Of a DNA stretch of 64,000 nt, positions 1 to 11,237 are shown piece after piece. The notes below the pieces were generated by a model. That model did no database searches. It was not told the DNA's origin and worked only from the letters and a program-made list of their open reading frames with translations. Position numbers and translations under genes: made by a program. This stretch comes from Obrimoposthia wandeli. Taxonomy: Eukaryota. The DNA is taken from positions 806,001-870,000 of the forward strand of contig CDROCS010000646.1 in the NCBI GenBank assembly GCA_977020255.1, given 5' to 3'. Position 1 is the first letter of the stretch; the number at the start of each line of letters is the position of its first letter.

Positions 1-140
1 AAATATATACATACTATCGCATTTAAAAAAGATACATACTATCACATTAAAAATATATATACAATATTCTGTTTATTACAATAAAATAAGAAGGATATTA
101 GTTAATACTTTCAAGAGGTTACCCCAGATTTTATATACAC

Positions 141-3100
141 CTATCTTAGACTATAGCGTCCATATGCGACGGATTTGTTTTTCTCAATCCAAACCCTTTT
201 ATCGTCATAACACCTTAACGCAATTTTATCATTATACATTGTAAATAATTGATGATTACGAGATAAAATACGTGTCTGACCGGCAGTTATAATTTCATCA
301 TCATCAACATAACACTTTATGTAATGCTCATGTCTGATTTCGGTTTGTTTAAGGGAGATACCCTTAGCCCTCATACTCGTTTTCAATGAGTAGCATTTAG
401 GTTTCAGAAATACCCATTCATCATAAAGCACTGTCCCCTTGCTTTCATCTTTAAACTTCCCAATCACATTTCGATGAGAATCGTTAAATAACTCATGTGT
501 GAGCGGGTAATTACTAGTATCTAACATCTGATCTTTAATCATTTGTTTTAAGAGGACATCTTTATCTATATGCTTACAATCTAAGAAAAACGAGTCTGTA
601 TCCATTGCAACTATGTTGATATCGCAATGATATTGCTTACGATACCGGTCAAGATCACTATACTGCAGTTGGTACATACGTAGTTTAGATAAGTCCAACA
701 CAGCTTGACCAATATATGATGGTCGATCCAGACAAATTTCTTTCTTTTGCATAAATAAAAGATTGAGATTGTCGGTTATTTGGGTATGCTTCTTAAACCA
801 AGGGCTTGAAACAAGTTTAGTAAACTGACGATCATTCTTGGTAAGACGGATATCTTTACGTTTTTTAAGATTTTCCACTGTCTTACCATATATTGAGTTA
901 TTTTTGAGTTTATAAAACTCTTTATCAAATGTAGTAGTACCCTCTGCCCGTTTCCGGCTATTGATATCAATATATGTTTTAAATATAGGAGCTTGATGAA
1001 ACTTTATTGCTCTATGCACTTGTTTAATTTCTGCACCCAGAAACAAGTAAAATTGTAGTAGTTGTGAGTGTATGATGTAATTATTTTTATCCTCATGGGT
1101 CATCAACAGCTTTGAAGCTTTTGAGCCGGGAGGGGTTTCTCTATTAGGCGCAATCGGTAAGTCATCAAGTTTATCATGAATACTGATGGGTATGCGTAAA
1201 TCAATTTCCAACAAGTATCCATGTTCTTTAAGACTTAAGTCCTGCATATTACCGTGAATATCCCTCTCAGTTATAAGCTCATATACCCATGTAAAATCTG
1301 TATGTGATAACGGTTGACTCCAGGCCCAGCCATATAGGTTATTTATGTCAATGTATAGGAGGAATGTTTCATCTGTTGTTTTAACGTAATGTTTATTGAT
1401 GAAAGTCATCCCTTCCCGTATCCCTGCCTCAAACATGTTATACATTTCGCGATCATGCAATAAATCCACATCATACTCTAATGTTTTTAATGCGCTAGCC
1501 CAACTGAGACCAGGGATACTAAAGAAATTGAGTGCCTCTAGATTATCATCATCCCTTATTTCTGTCTAAAGGCCTCAAAAACATCACATAACAGATACAC
1601 GTCAAGTTTCATATACTCAAGCATGTAGTCTTTAATAGTATTATACCCTAATACGTTCCACATCATTAGGGCTTCATTATATTGTTGATCAGTGACTCAA
1701 GAAGGAAACTCAGATTTAGCGGGTAACTGTGTCTCCATAAGCCTATCAACGCCACTAATATATTCATATGGAAATACCGCCTTACTTGTTGCAATATTAG
1801 GGTTTAGGTATTGTGTAGTATAAGGACAACTTGGCAAGTATGAAACTAAGGATTCAAGACTTGACGTTGTAAAAAGGTATGAATCAATGAATTTCAATGT
1901 CCCCCTCTTCATCTCTATACGGAGGGACATGAACTTTTCACTTGATTTAGGGATAATTGAAAAGGATTTACCTTTCAAGTCGGCATATTTTAAAATATGA
2001 TGTATGTCATAACCCATAAGGTTATGAAACACCACAGGTAAAACCGGTCTCTTTGCAAACTTGCGACTTAAATTGCATTTGTTGCATGCCGCACCCAAGT
2101 ATTTACCCGTGATATGATCATGATCTCTAACCATACGATCGTTTAATTTTTTACAAAGATAGCAATTAGTGCAATCTCTAAAGTTCAACATGTCATTATT
2201 AGTAAAAACCATAGGAACATTAATACTATTTACCCAAAAATCTGCCACTTCACCATTTATCAACTCAGTTAATTTATCTACAAAGTTTTTAGCACTCTGC
2301 AGACCGTAATAACTGAAATATTGTATTGAATTATTAGTGTTGTTTTTCAAAATCATCCCTATAGATATTGGTTTATGAATGTGTTTGAAAGTATTATGTG
2401 GCTCGAGTATTGACTCAAAGTCGGCATATACAACAAATGGTGGCGCAATAGATTTAGACCAGTCGGAAAACTGACACTTGATCTCTTTAGGCATTGTAAA
2501 CAAGGTTGTTAAATCTGTATTAATATTACAATGTACCCTGTGTTTGTCATATGAAATCGTGGTTCGAAATCCAAAAAGACATTTCGCACACCAAAAGAGA
2601 CGCACATTATATTTTTGAGTATTTAAAAGTCTATTCAGGTTTGTAATCCCTGTATAGTGATAATTACCGCTCTGTTCCAACAGCAACAAGTTCACTACTT
2701 TTTCGCACTGTTTAAGACTCGTTCTATAAATAACATTAACATATGGGTTTTTAAACACTAGATGACTACTATGATGCTCTACCTTTGTAGGTTTATAGGA
2801 TAATACTGTTATCGCTATATTATTGAGTTTTTCAAACGCCTTGATGCAGTATATCCTCATATGACCAGGCTCGCATATAAGTTCATTTAAATAACGTATT
2901 TAAAACACTGATCATCAGTATTATTTACGTTCACTATAGATAGTGTTTTAGCAAGCGCAACCGGGGTTTTATAAATGATGATCCTGCTACGTTTGAAAGT
3001 GCAGTAAATTTAAAAGATACCAACAGAATTTTAAATACTGACCATCCCGAACTCATATCCTTATAAATTTCAATTTTATTGTTGAGCTCAACTGTTCTTG

Positions 3101-3836
3101 TAGTGATAAAATCTTGTTCAAAAATATTTGCTTTACAGCTTACATGCCATGTTTTATGTTGACCCTCGTTATTGACAAATTCGGTTTCAACACCAAATTG
3201 TATTTTACAGGGACCAAACACATCTATACTGCTAGTAAGTTCAGTTAGCATAGTATCGTTAATGTATAGTTTAAGCATGTTTAATCCACTAACATCAAAA
3301 ACAAGATTTGATTGAATTGCACCTCCTATTTGATTGTTAAAAGTTAATGTATTATCTGAATTAATTGTAACAATATTATCACAGTCATCATCCGTAATAG
3401 TTAGGAATGAGTCGAAAAAATCATTTTCTGTTATAAACTCGTCCTGATCTATAAGTTCATCAATATTATTATTATTTAAGATTTCATTAGGGGTTAAAGG
3501 CTCAATAATTTCTACAACTTCAGGATAAGTATCAATTTCTACAACACTATCCGGTTCCCACGAGTCTACCACATCAAACTCTTCATTAAAATTAATAGTT
3601 TTTGCTATTTTATTGTTGTCTATTGTTGGTACTCTCATTACTTTACGTTTGTATGCTGACTTTTTAGACTTGAAATACGTCAGATGATCCTTATGATCAT
3701 TATAAAATGTTTGATAGTCAATACAATATAACACATCACAATGTGGACAAATAAAACCGCTTTTAAATTTATAATATTTAAGCATTACACTATGACATTC
3801 TATTCCATGATTAAAGTTTGTGCAATACTTGTACAA
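141..3836 (-). pseudogene. polB: Protein-primed family B DNA polymerase (pPolB), frameshifted into at least three ORFs (2934-3836, 1697-2860, 141-1469)
   Basis: PolB motifs YIDINNLYG, KLKNNSIYGK and MDTDSF; exonuclease YADFES and FHNLMGYD; Polinton Zn module CYLC..DHDH..G..C..CN; N-terminal SSGW motif. The 1470-1697 and 2860-2934 linkers read as PolB in shifted frames (e.g. YMKLDVYLLCDVFEAFR). Confidence 0.93.
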
Positions 3837-4827
3837 TGTACATAAATTACTTCCTCCACGAAGTTTAGGGTATACATGGATAATAGCCCCTGATGTAAAA
3901 CATCGCCGATAATAGCTTCCCTTTCAAAGGGCATGCCATTACGGTTAAAATAAATTTGATCAGTCGTGAAGACTTCATATAATTTATTTGCCAGATCTGT
4001 AATTTTCAGACCTGGACTAATATTAATGGGTTTGCAAGACCCTAATAAATTTGCAAATATTGTTATATCTGCTGGTAGTTTTCTCAATCTACGCAGCTTC
4101 TGACGAAATCGTTTACCTTTCCTACCTTCTGTTTTCAGTGTACTTAAATCAATATTTTGATTTTTAACTTTCTTTAACTGATTAAAATATTTTTTAAACG
4201 GGATATTTTCAAAACCCGAGTATATCTCATTTACGTCGAAATTTTCTACCGAATTAACAGGTGACCCAACAGGTGTCCCTGGTTTAAAAAGTACGGGGTA
4301 ACCTCTTGATTTAATGAACTTGTTCTGTGACCCCATTCCAGGAGTTAGACTGCCCCGCGTTACCGGGCAGCTATCGCAGTCGGGAGAATTAGATTTTATG
4401 TCCCCAAAAAGTTTATTTAAATGATTGTCATATGGAGACAAAACAACAGAATGAGAATGAGAAGATGAAGAAGAAGGAAGTAGAGAGTGAGCAGATTTCT
4501 CAGAAGATAAAAAAACTTTTGGCATTTTCTTCTTTTCATCATCATATTTTGTTGTTGACATCTTTGGAATTTTCTTCTTTTCAACATCAGAAATTGACTG
4601 TTTCCTAGTAGCATCATATTTTGCTGTTGATAACCATGGCGCAATTGATATTGGTGTGACACTGGGCATTGCTAAATTAAATTAAAAAATAATAATAATA
4701 ATCGAAAATTACCTTTCTTAACAGGTGTCGCATCCAAGTCGATATCATCATCATCATCATCATCATCCACTACAGGCTTCATCGTCCATCTTTTATTGCT
4801 GTTGAAAACAAAAATAATTTTCGACAT
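3800..4827 (-). CDS. Spliced viral gene (exons 4713-4827 and 3800-4671, 328 aa): acidic N-terminus, Lys/Ser-rich middle, basic patch, C-terminal ubiquitin-like domain
   Basis: Removing a 41-nt GT...AG intron (4672-4712) joins MSKIIF..D8..PVKK in frame to AMPSVTP. The C-terminal ITIFANLLG...DQIYF...G..FE...IGD pattern follows the ubiquitin beta-grasp pattern. Confidence 0.7.
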
Positions 4828-4875
4828 CTAAAAAAAATAAAATCAAAATAATAAAAATAAAATCAAAATAGTTAC
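4828..4875 (-). other. Probable 48-nt 5'-UTR intron
   Basis: Minus strand GTAACT...T-rich tract...TAG, ending immediately before the ATG at 4827. Confidence 0.6.
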
Positions 4876-4978
4876 TTTTGATAATTGCGATTAAATTGAT
4901 GAATGAATCTACACTGATTGTTTATATATGGTTCACAATCAGTGTAGTTGCTGCCCTAGATGCACACATACGTCACAC

Positions 4979-5049
4979 ATCACGTGTGTACTTACAAACT
5001 AGGAATGTGTAATAAAGACCCTTTATTCCCTAGTTGCTACACACGTGAT
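4979..5049. repeat. Inverted repeat with CACGTG cores upstream of the spliced gene/PolB unit
   Basis: ATCACGTGTGTA (4979-4990) and its reverse complement TACACACGTGAT (5038-5049), with inner near-complementary ACTAGGAAT/ATTCCCTAGT. Confidence 0.6.
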
Positions 5050-5303
5050 CATAAATTTTAATTACGGTCAATCAATTATGAATTTTTCATAACCGATATT
5101 CACACCGTTAGACTTTGAATTTTAAAAAATAATTCACACCATTAATTTTCTCTTAATTAGTAGATTTTAAATCTATTTTTTAATTTATCAAAACTCAATT
5201 TTTTTTTTTAATTTCGATAGGACAGTTGAAGCTATTTATAAAACAAATACGATTTTGAATACAAATTTTATTACCAATCAACACAAATAAAAAGGTTTGA
5301 CAT

Positions 5304-5627
5304 TTATATAGTTTGATCATACAACCATAAGATACATAGTGGACCGCAATTAGTAGTCAGTGGGTTTTGAGAACGAATTTTGTTGTAATATACATGTTTT
5401 CCTTGAGACTCTACATGCTTGATAAGTTTTCCCGGATAGTATACTCCAAGAGGGTCATACACATGTACAGAATTCCGTCTCACGAATAACGCAATCCAGT
5501 AATCTCCAGGAAGATTTGAGGTATGTGTATTGACAATATATCCACCAGGCGTTAATGTTGGGATTTTTTCCAACGGGTATACACCCTTAAATCGCGGTCC
5601 AAGCAGCAAACTAGTTATTTCATTCAC
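5304..5627 (-). CDS. Adenain-like cysteine protease; catalytic His appears replaced by Tyr
   Basis: NTHTSNLPGDYW...YDPLG...Q....CG. The paralog at 55852-56157 has GEHW at the same position. Confidence 0.88.
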   Translation of the reverse strand: MNEITSLLLGPRFKGVYPLEKIPTLTPGGYIVNTHTSNLPGDYWIALFVRRNSVHVYDPLGVYYPGKLIKHVESQGKHVYYNKIRSQNPLTTNCGPLCILWLYDQTI

Positions 5628-5681
5628 CTGAACAGTACTTGTTGTTAATAAAATCTTAAAACATAAATTAAAAAACTCACT

Positions 5682-6905
5682 TCATACAATCACACGTCGG
5701 CCTTTAGTTATTTCAAACTCAGAATCAAAAATCCCGTAAATCAGTACGTTTGTTGGGACTGTTAATGACTTGTGAAACTTGATGTCAAGGCGTAAATTAC
5801 CCTGTTTTGCTAATTGGTTTTGCGTGATATCAAAGTCAGGGGCTAAAACAAACGTGAAAAATGGATATTTGGTTTTGAATTCATCCAGTGATACGCCATT
5901 GTTTATATTCTTATCGAAATTACCCATATTTCTAATGATAGATTGGACATATGCAAAGGTGGTTTCACCTGTTTCAAAGTTTGTACTGTAAGATTCGTTA
6001 AAATCACTGTTTCTAGCAAGACTGATAGTGTTAACATTAGAATGATCGAATGTTGAAGAGTCTGTAGCACCATTACCGATAAGTTTTTCACCTGCTTGCA
6101 ACGTAATCAACACAAATTTAGGCAATTGTTCATCATCAAACACTTGATCCTTGTAAAAACTCGTAGAACCGATGGCTAAGGTATGATACATTAGCTTTCT
6201 GCGAGTATAGGGATATACAGCACTCCTAGATTGAAGACCAATATTATGTCCCATTAAAACATCATTATCAACTCTGACTCTTCTGACTTTAAGTTTAGCT
6301 TCAATAAATGTGATTCGCGATGGAGTCGTTCCGTAGTTCAGACTAAACATAGATTTATTAGGTACAAGTCTTACCATGATAGACACACCAGGTAAGAGAT
6401 ACTTTGGTTGCTCAAAAATTTCAGATAGAATAGTGGTACACAAGTCAATTTCTTTTGAGCGAGCAGCCCAACCTTTACGATTATCTTCAGTATCATCATA
6501 ACCTATACTCGGCAAACAAGTGTCTTTAGTGTCTGTGCTATAGTTAAGTATGGTTTCAATCATAGCTTTTTGTGCATATTGAGGATGGGTTTCTACTACA
6601 GTATTATTCATTGTTATATCTATGCTTTTAAATAGGGAATGCATCAAGAAATTTGATGGGATCACATTATCTGTAACAGCTATTGCTGTACCATCAGTTT
6701 TCGTTACTTTAATTTTCACAAACAACAAGGTATCATTCAAATCTAAGTACTCAATATCTGAACCTTGGATTTTAAACAGAATCTCTGCTGTTCTTGTTCC
6801 AGTAATATTGTTTGTTGGATATATATCTTCAAAGCTACCATTATTTACAACTACCTGGGGCAAAGCTCGATCAAAAATACATAATTCAGATTTACCACAA
6901 GCCAT
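5682..6905 (-). CDS. Major capsid protein (double jelly-roll, Polinton type), open 407 aa
   Basis: Polinton MCP motifs KSELCIF, YLDLNDTLL and YLLPGV; located between the protease and the core-protein gene; paralog at 56231-57451. Confidence 0.88.
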   Translation of the reverse strand: MACGKSELCIFDRALPQVVVNNGSFEDIYPTNNITGTRTAEILFKIQGSDIEYLDLNDTLLFVKIKVTKTDGTAIAVTDNVIPSNFLMHSLFKSIDITMNNTVVETHPQYAQKAMIETILNYSTDTKDTCLPSIGYDDTEDNRKGWAARSKEIDLCTTILSEIFEQPKYLLPGVSIMVRLVPNKSMFSLNYGTTPSRITFIEAKLKVRRVRVDNDVLMGHNIGLQSRSAVYPYTRRKLMYHTLAIGSTSFYKDQVFDDEQLPKFVLITLQAGEKLIGNGATDSSTFDHSNVNTISLARNSDFNESYSTNFETGETTFAYVQSIIRNMGNFDKNINNGVSLDEFKTKYPFFTFVLAPDFDITQNQLAKQGNLRLDIKFHKSLTVPTNVLIYGIFDSEFEITKGRRVIV

Positions 6906-6907
6906 TA

Positions 6908-7330
6908 TTAAGCAAATATTGTACCTTGTTTTCTTCGTTTGTTTATACTAGATGCTTTCTTTCTACCACTACCCTCTTGCTTTTTTGTTTCGGGTTCAAC
7001 CGTTTGTGCTGCTTCACTTGCTTTACGTTTACGTCGATTTTTAATAATTTTAACAACTGTACCAAAAGCTTCCTTAGCATCCGGTATGGCTCCGACAACT
7101 TCCCCTAGTGCATGTTGTTTAAGCATTGGTAACACAGATTTGTTGTTCATTATTACATCTTGAACTGTTTTAACTCCAACACGGCCTAATCCTTTCAGTA
7201 TAGGGAATGCTAACCGCCCCAATGTTTTCAACCATCCCGAACCGTACTGTTTGCCTACAAAATATGGTAATTCACCACCTTGTTGAGGCCCACTAAATGT
7301 CTCAATTATATTCATAACTGTAATGGACAA
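6908..7330 (-). CDS. Basic virion core/cement-like protein with Q-x-G-x-G putative protease sites
   Basis: QQGGELPYFVGKQYGSGW followed by an amphipathic segment and a basic tail; conserved at 57635-57847. Confidence 0.7.
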   Translation of the reverse strand: MSITVMNIIETFSGPQQGGELPYFVGKQYGSGWLKTLGRLAFPILKGLGRVGVKTVQDVIMNNKSVLPMLKQHALGEVVGAIPDAKEAFGTVVKIIKNRRKRKASEAAQTVEPETKKQEGSGRKKASSINKRRKQGTIFA

Positions 7331-7351
7331 CTATTTTTGAATACAGATTGT

Positions 7352-8520
7352 TTATACCTGATCTATACAACGGACATGTATGGTAAGGGATACTTTTGCA
7401 TTGTTGGAAAAACTTATTGGAACACCTGCATCGTTTCTAATATTAATTTCAATGTTTGAGATTACATTTGATGCTAAAGGGATATACATGGGTCTGTATA
7501 TTGCGATATTAACCGTGTCTCCTGGTGCTTTATTTTTATCTAACCATATAGATTTTAATAAGGGTATCATTTGACCTCCAACGTTTACAGGTTCACACAG
7601 ACTAGAATGCAAGTACATGTGATCAAACTCGTAATTTAATCGAGGTTTACCCGACCCGTTGCCCGTAAATCGTGATTTATCTAACCCTAATACATACATT
7701 AAACGTTGATCAAATCCAATATGCTCAATTCCATTCTTTAATACAAATTTTATTAGCTTATCATTATCATCCATATAAAATCTTTTAAATATGACGTCAC
7801 ATTTAGATTTAATGTATGCTACTAATGCATTTACATTATTATTATTTAAATCTTCTGTAAATACAATTTTCTTGTTGTATGAACCGGTTTTATAATGCAT
7901 ATATTGTAAATTATGTGCACCACAATCAGGTCTGATAGACGTTGATCCTTGTAAAACTCCTTTATCATCAGACTCGAAACTTTCTGAAGTTAATGTATTG
8001 AAAATGAATCCTAATTCATTTTTAGCGTCAGCATCCATCTTGATATAGAATTTTTGTTGTTGACGGATTTTATTAGTACAACATTATCTTTTTTATCAAT
8101 ACCTACACCAACTGTGATTAAGGAAATAGAAAGCTTTGCAATCTTATCTTTAGACGAGACGGTGAGTTTTGATATTTTATTAATTGTCTTTTTAATAACT
8201 TTTGGTTCTGATTTATCACCATGCAATCGCGGTTCTTTCTTTTCTACTTCTACTTGAGTATGAATTACTGATAAAGATATTTGATCAGTCTGTTGATTGG
8301 AGAATTTAATAGAATAATTAATTTCACTGCCCTTATTTAAAATAACAGGAGTGTTTGTATACGTAAATTCAGTTAATGCCGCCTCCCTTTTACCATTTAA
8401 CGTAATTGGATTCTCCCAATCTACAGTGAATAATGAAGCCATATTATTAGGTTGAGTTTTCGGACAACTATTACTCGGTAAAATCATATAGAAGTCTCTA
8501 TCTGGCTTGCTTTGATCCAT
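7352..8520 (-). pseudogene. Minor capsid protein (penton, single jelly-roll) split into two overlapping ORFs (8011-8520, 7352-8038)
   Basis: N-terminal YMILPSNS...N....F and C-terminal MYLHSSLCEP..VG..IPLL...YIPL...I.NIEINIRND.G motifs typical of Polinton mCP. Confidence 0.78.
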
Positions 8521-9513
8521 GTTGATTCAGAATATCCATGCCACTTTACGAGATATTTAGGTTTTACGGCCTTTAGATTTTACGACTTCTTGGATACGGA
8601 AAAGTGTAGGTTTATCAATTACTTGTAATTCAGGTTCATAAAATTTCCCTGTTATTACATTACAGTCATCATCAACTATAGAGTACATTACAGGATTTGC
8701 ACGTTTGTCTATTTTCTCTATCCTAAACACTTCATCACTCCAATTCTGATCAAAGTTTTTAATAAAGGGTCTACCACTAAACTTTGATATCCGAACATAA
8801 TCACCAGTCTTATGTTTGGGTTTATTAACTTTATCGACTTGATTACGACTCAGCCAAATTTCCATTGCATTTTTATCATTAATATCGACAGGTCTCAATC
8901 CGTCTAAACCTCTATGCTTACTGTGATTGTATGAAGTCATTACTTTTGGTAAAACGTCAACCCATCTTTTAATGCCTTGTGCAATAAAATGTATTTTTAA
9001 TCGATCTCTCAATGTTCTATTAAACCTTTCAACTAGGGCAGCTTTGAATTGTGAAACTACAGAGTAATGTTCAATATTTAATTTTTTAAATAAACTACCT
9101 ACATTTTTGTTGTAAAACTCTTTACCCTTATCGGTTTGCACATGTATGGGGACAGTTTTATCAATCATTATACTTAGAGCAGCCTCTATATCCTTACCTG
9201 ATTTAGATTTTACAGGTAATGCACGCGCATACCTTGTAAACACGTCAATACATGTTAAAATATACTTGTTACCATCATTGATACTTGCATATGGTATCAT
9301 TTTCATCAAATCGGCCTGCCATAAATCGTTAGGACCGCTTCTTCTGTATGCTCGAGTCGGGAACTTCCGCTTCATTGGCTTGTTTAGACTGTATGCTAGC
9401 TGATTGCTCAGCCATTTCTGAGTTTTCTTTTGACTCGATTGACTTTTTAATGATAGTTTGCCAATGCCGCTGAACCCAGCTGCGTTTTCGGGATCGTACC
9501 TTATCGTTTCCAT
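8484..9513 (-). CDS. int: Retroviral-type DDE integrase; C-terminal chromodomain reached only through a frameshift near 8557
   Basis: WQADL, QTDKGKEF and VERFNRTL. The shifted frame reads KYLVKWHGYSESTWI, matching the chromodomain of the element-3 paralog. Confidence 0.92.
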
Positions 9514-9564
9514 TACAACAAGTGAATTTAAAATCGATGTTTGGTATGTTATTACCCATTTTGT

Positions 9565-9894
9565 TTATGAGTTTATCAATTTTGCAATCAAAGGAGATAC
9601 TAAAGTAGCAATTATAGGTATTAATGCACCGATAAAACCACCTTTTTGTTTTAGAATTACTCTACGTTTACCAGTTTTACTTTTAGTATTCACTAAATCA
9701 CGTAAAGCTTTTTGATGTTTTCTAAGGTTATGTTTATGATTACCGATTTTTACAGTACCTTTTGTAATATTAAACAAGACTTCAACCAACTTATCAATAA
9801 CAAAGGGTGGAAATGACTTGAGAATACGTGATCTATATATGCTTGGAGCCTTGATTAAAGCCTGAAAGTAGGGAAGTATAGATTTTGATAACAT
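9565..9894 (-). CDS. Core/membrane-lytic-type precursor with C-terminal QKGG-FIGALIP amphipathic peptide
   Basis: Basic body, then KQKGG followed by a hydrophobic helix; homolog at ~60085-60400 (QNGG-FILALLPAIAS). Confidence 0.62.
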   Translation of the reverse strand: MLSKSILPYFQALIKAPSIYRSRILKSFPPFVIDKLVEVLFNITKGTVKIGNHKHNLRKHQKALRDLVNTKSKTGKRRVILKQKGGFIGALIPIIATLVSPLIAKLINS

Positions 9895-9925
9895 ATTTAA
9901 TGAATTAAACTATTTGCAATATTGT

Positions 9926-10243
9926 TTATAGTTTAATCCATTTACCAACTAGTTTATTTACACGCTTTTTATCCGACTTCTTAACCGACTTTCCAACTGC
10001 TTTCTTAACAGGTTTCTTCTTCTTCTTTAATGGTTTCTTTTTTACAGGTTTTCTCTTTACTGTCTTTACCGATTTCTTTAATGATTCATCGACTACTTTA
10101 CGCTGATGAAGCACTGATTTAATAAGATTTTTAATATGAGCATTCTTCTTTAGCATCAATTTGTTATCATTAGCGTGTAATTTATCACCCGGTCTCCATT
10201 TAGGTCCAACTCCACTAGGCATTGTTTCTTTCATAAATGACAT
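9926..10243 (-). CDS. Lysine-rich basic protein, probable DNA-condensing core protein
   Basis: 105-aa ORF with KKPVKK-type repeats inside the structural gene cluster. Confidence 0.55.
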   Translation of the reverse strand: MSFMKETMPSGVGPKWRPGDKLHANDNKLMLKKNAHIKNLIKSVLHQRKVVDESLKKSVKTVKRKPVKKKPLKKKKKPVKKAVGKSVKKSDKKRVNKLVGKWIKL

Positions 10244-10245
10244 GA

Positions 10246-10350
10246 TTAACAGGTAGATAGGCTTTTCTTTTGTTTATATACAAAATCATTATTGAAAATA
10301 TCGGTTCTCACGCGTAAATCGTCTGGACATTCCTGTGTAAAATCTAAAAA
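10246..10350 (-). pseudogene. C-terminal fragment of the A32-like packaging ATPase
   Basis: Translates FLDFTQECPDDLRVRTDIFNN, matching FLNFTQSCPDDLRIVTDIFN of the element-3 ATPase. Confidence 0.85.
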
Positions 10351-10379
10351 CAGTCTTATTTGTTGTAATTAAAGATAAT
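10351..10379 (+). repeat. Left 29-nt terminal direct repeat
   Basis: Exact match to 13086-13114; contains ATTAAA. Confidence 0.95.
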
Positions 10380-10415
10380 CTTTTCTAAATTTTGGAAAAT
10401 TATCTAATTTCTTGA

Positions 10416-11237
10416 CAAGGATACCACGAAGAGGAGATACCAGATAATCAAGATACTCACACTTGTGCGAGTATTTGTACAGCCCTCAACACGTCGCAGG
10501 TCAAATCCTATCAAGAAGACGCAGAAGACGGTCTCGATCTTTTCCACGACTCGTTCGCTTCAATAAAAACAATACCAAAGCCATTGTCTTGGTCCGAGAT
10601 AACTGACGATCTAGAAGAAGATTTCAGCAAAGCAGAGTTAAATTTTGAAAAGACGGAGAGGTACTATTTAAGATCAAGGTCGGTAGATTTCGAAAAATCA
10701 ATTCAAAAAGCTCGTATGCAAGAGGATGCCGAACCAACCTTACGGGACATCATGCTCAGGCTCGATCGCATCGAAACTGAACAGAGAGCAAAAGCCAGTG
10801 TACCACTCCGACAATATGACTTGCCACGCGCCGAAACGCCGACCTAACGCAAGCAAGAGCTCCTGGAAGGAGATAACCGAACAGAGCTTAGCAAGCTCCT
10901 CCTCGAGAAGGATAGAAGATCGTGGCATGAGTTCGAGTCTCTGCTGCGTGTCCACGATCTGCTCAAGCTCGGCGACTACTTCGCCGTCGAAGAACACCTC
11001 GCCGAGCGAGCAGCAATGCTCTTCAGTTCCGTCACCATCGGGTGGGCTGCAACAGAGGCCAGAGCGTCTAATCTCGCACGCATCACGGACATATCCCCAG
11101 AAGAGAACTCTCGTTATCAGGCCAGGAAAGCAGCTGCCGCTGCCAAATCTCGACCTTTCCCACGTGGTCGAGGTAACTTCTCGCGCCGAGGCCTTGGACG
11201 CCCGCCGTTTGCTAGAGGCGCTGGCCTCCCACAGTGA
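10416..11237 (+). pseudogene. ORF1 (capsid/core- or Gag-like), one in-frame TAA at 10845-10847, Arg/Gly-rich C-terminus
   Basis: ORFs 10584-10847 and 11016-11237 share one frame, which is open from 10416 except for the single stop. It ends RPFPRGRGNFSRRGLGRPP. No ATG was found at the 5' end. Confidence 0.6.

Noticed and set aside
5779-9715. Short plus-strand ORFs over the capsid and integrase genes
   Set aside because: Antisense shadows of well-supported minus-strand genes, with no motifs of their own.
10452-10476. Small hairpin in the 5' part of the RT element as the epsilon candidate
   Set aside because: Short stem with no side bulge; the 12984-13044 structure fits much better.
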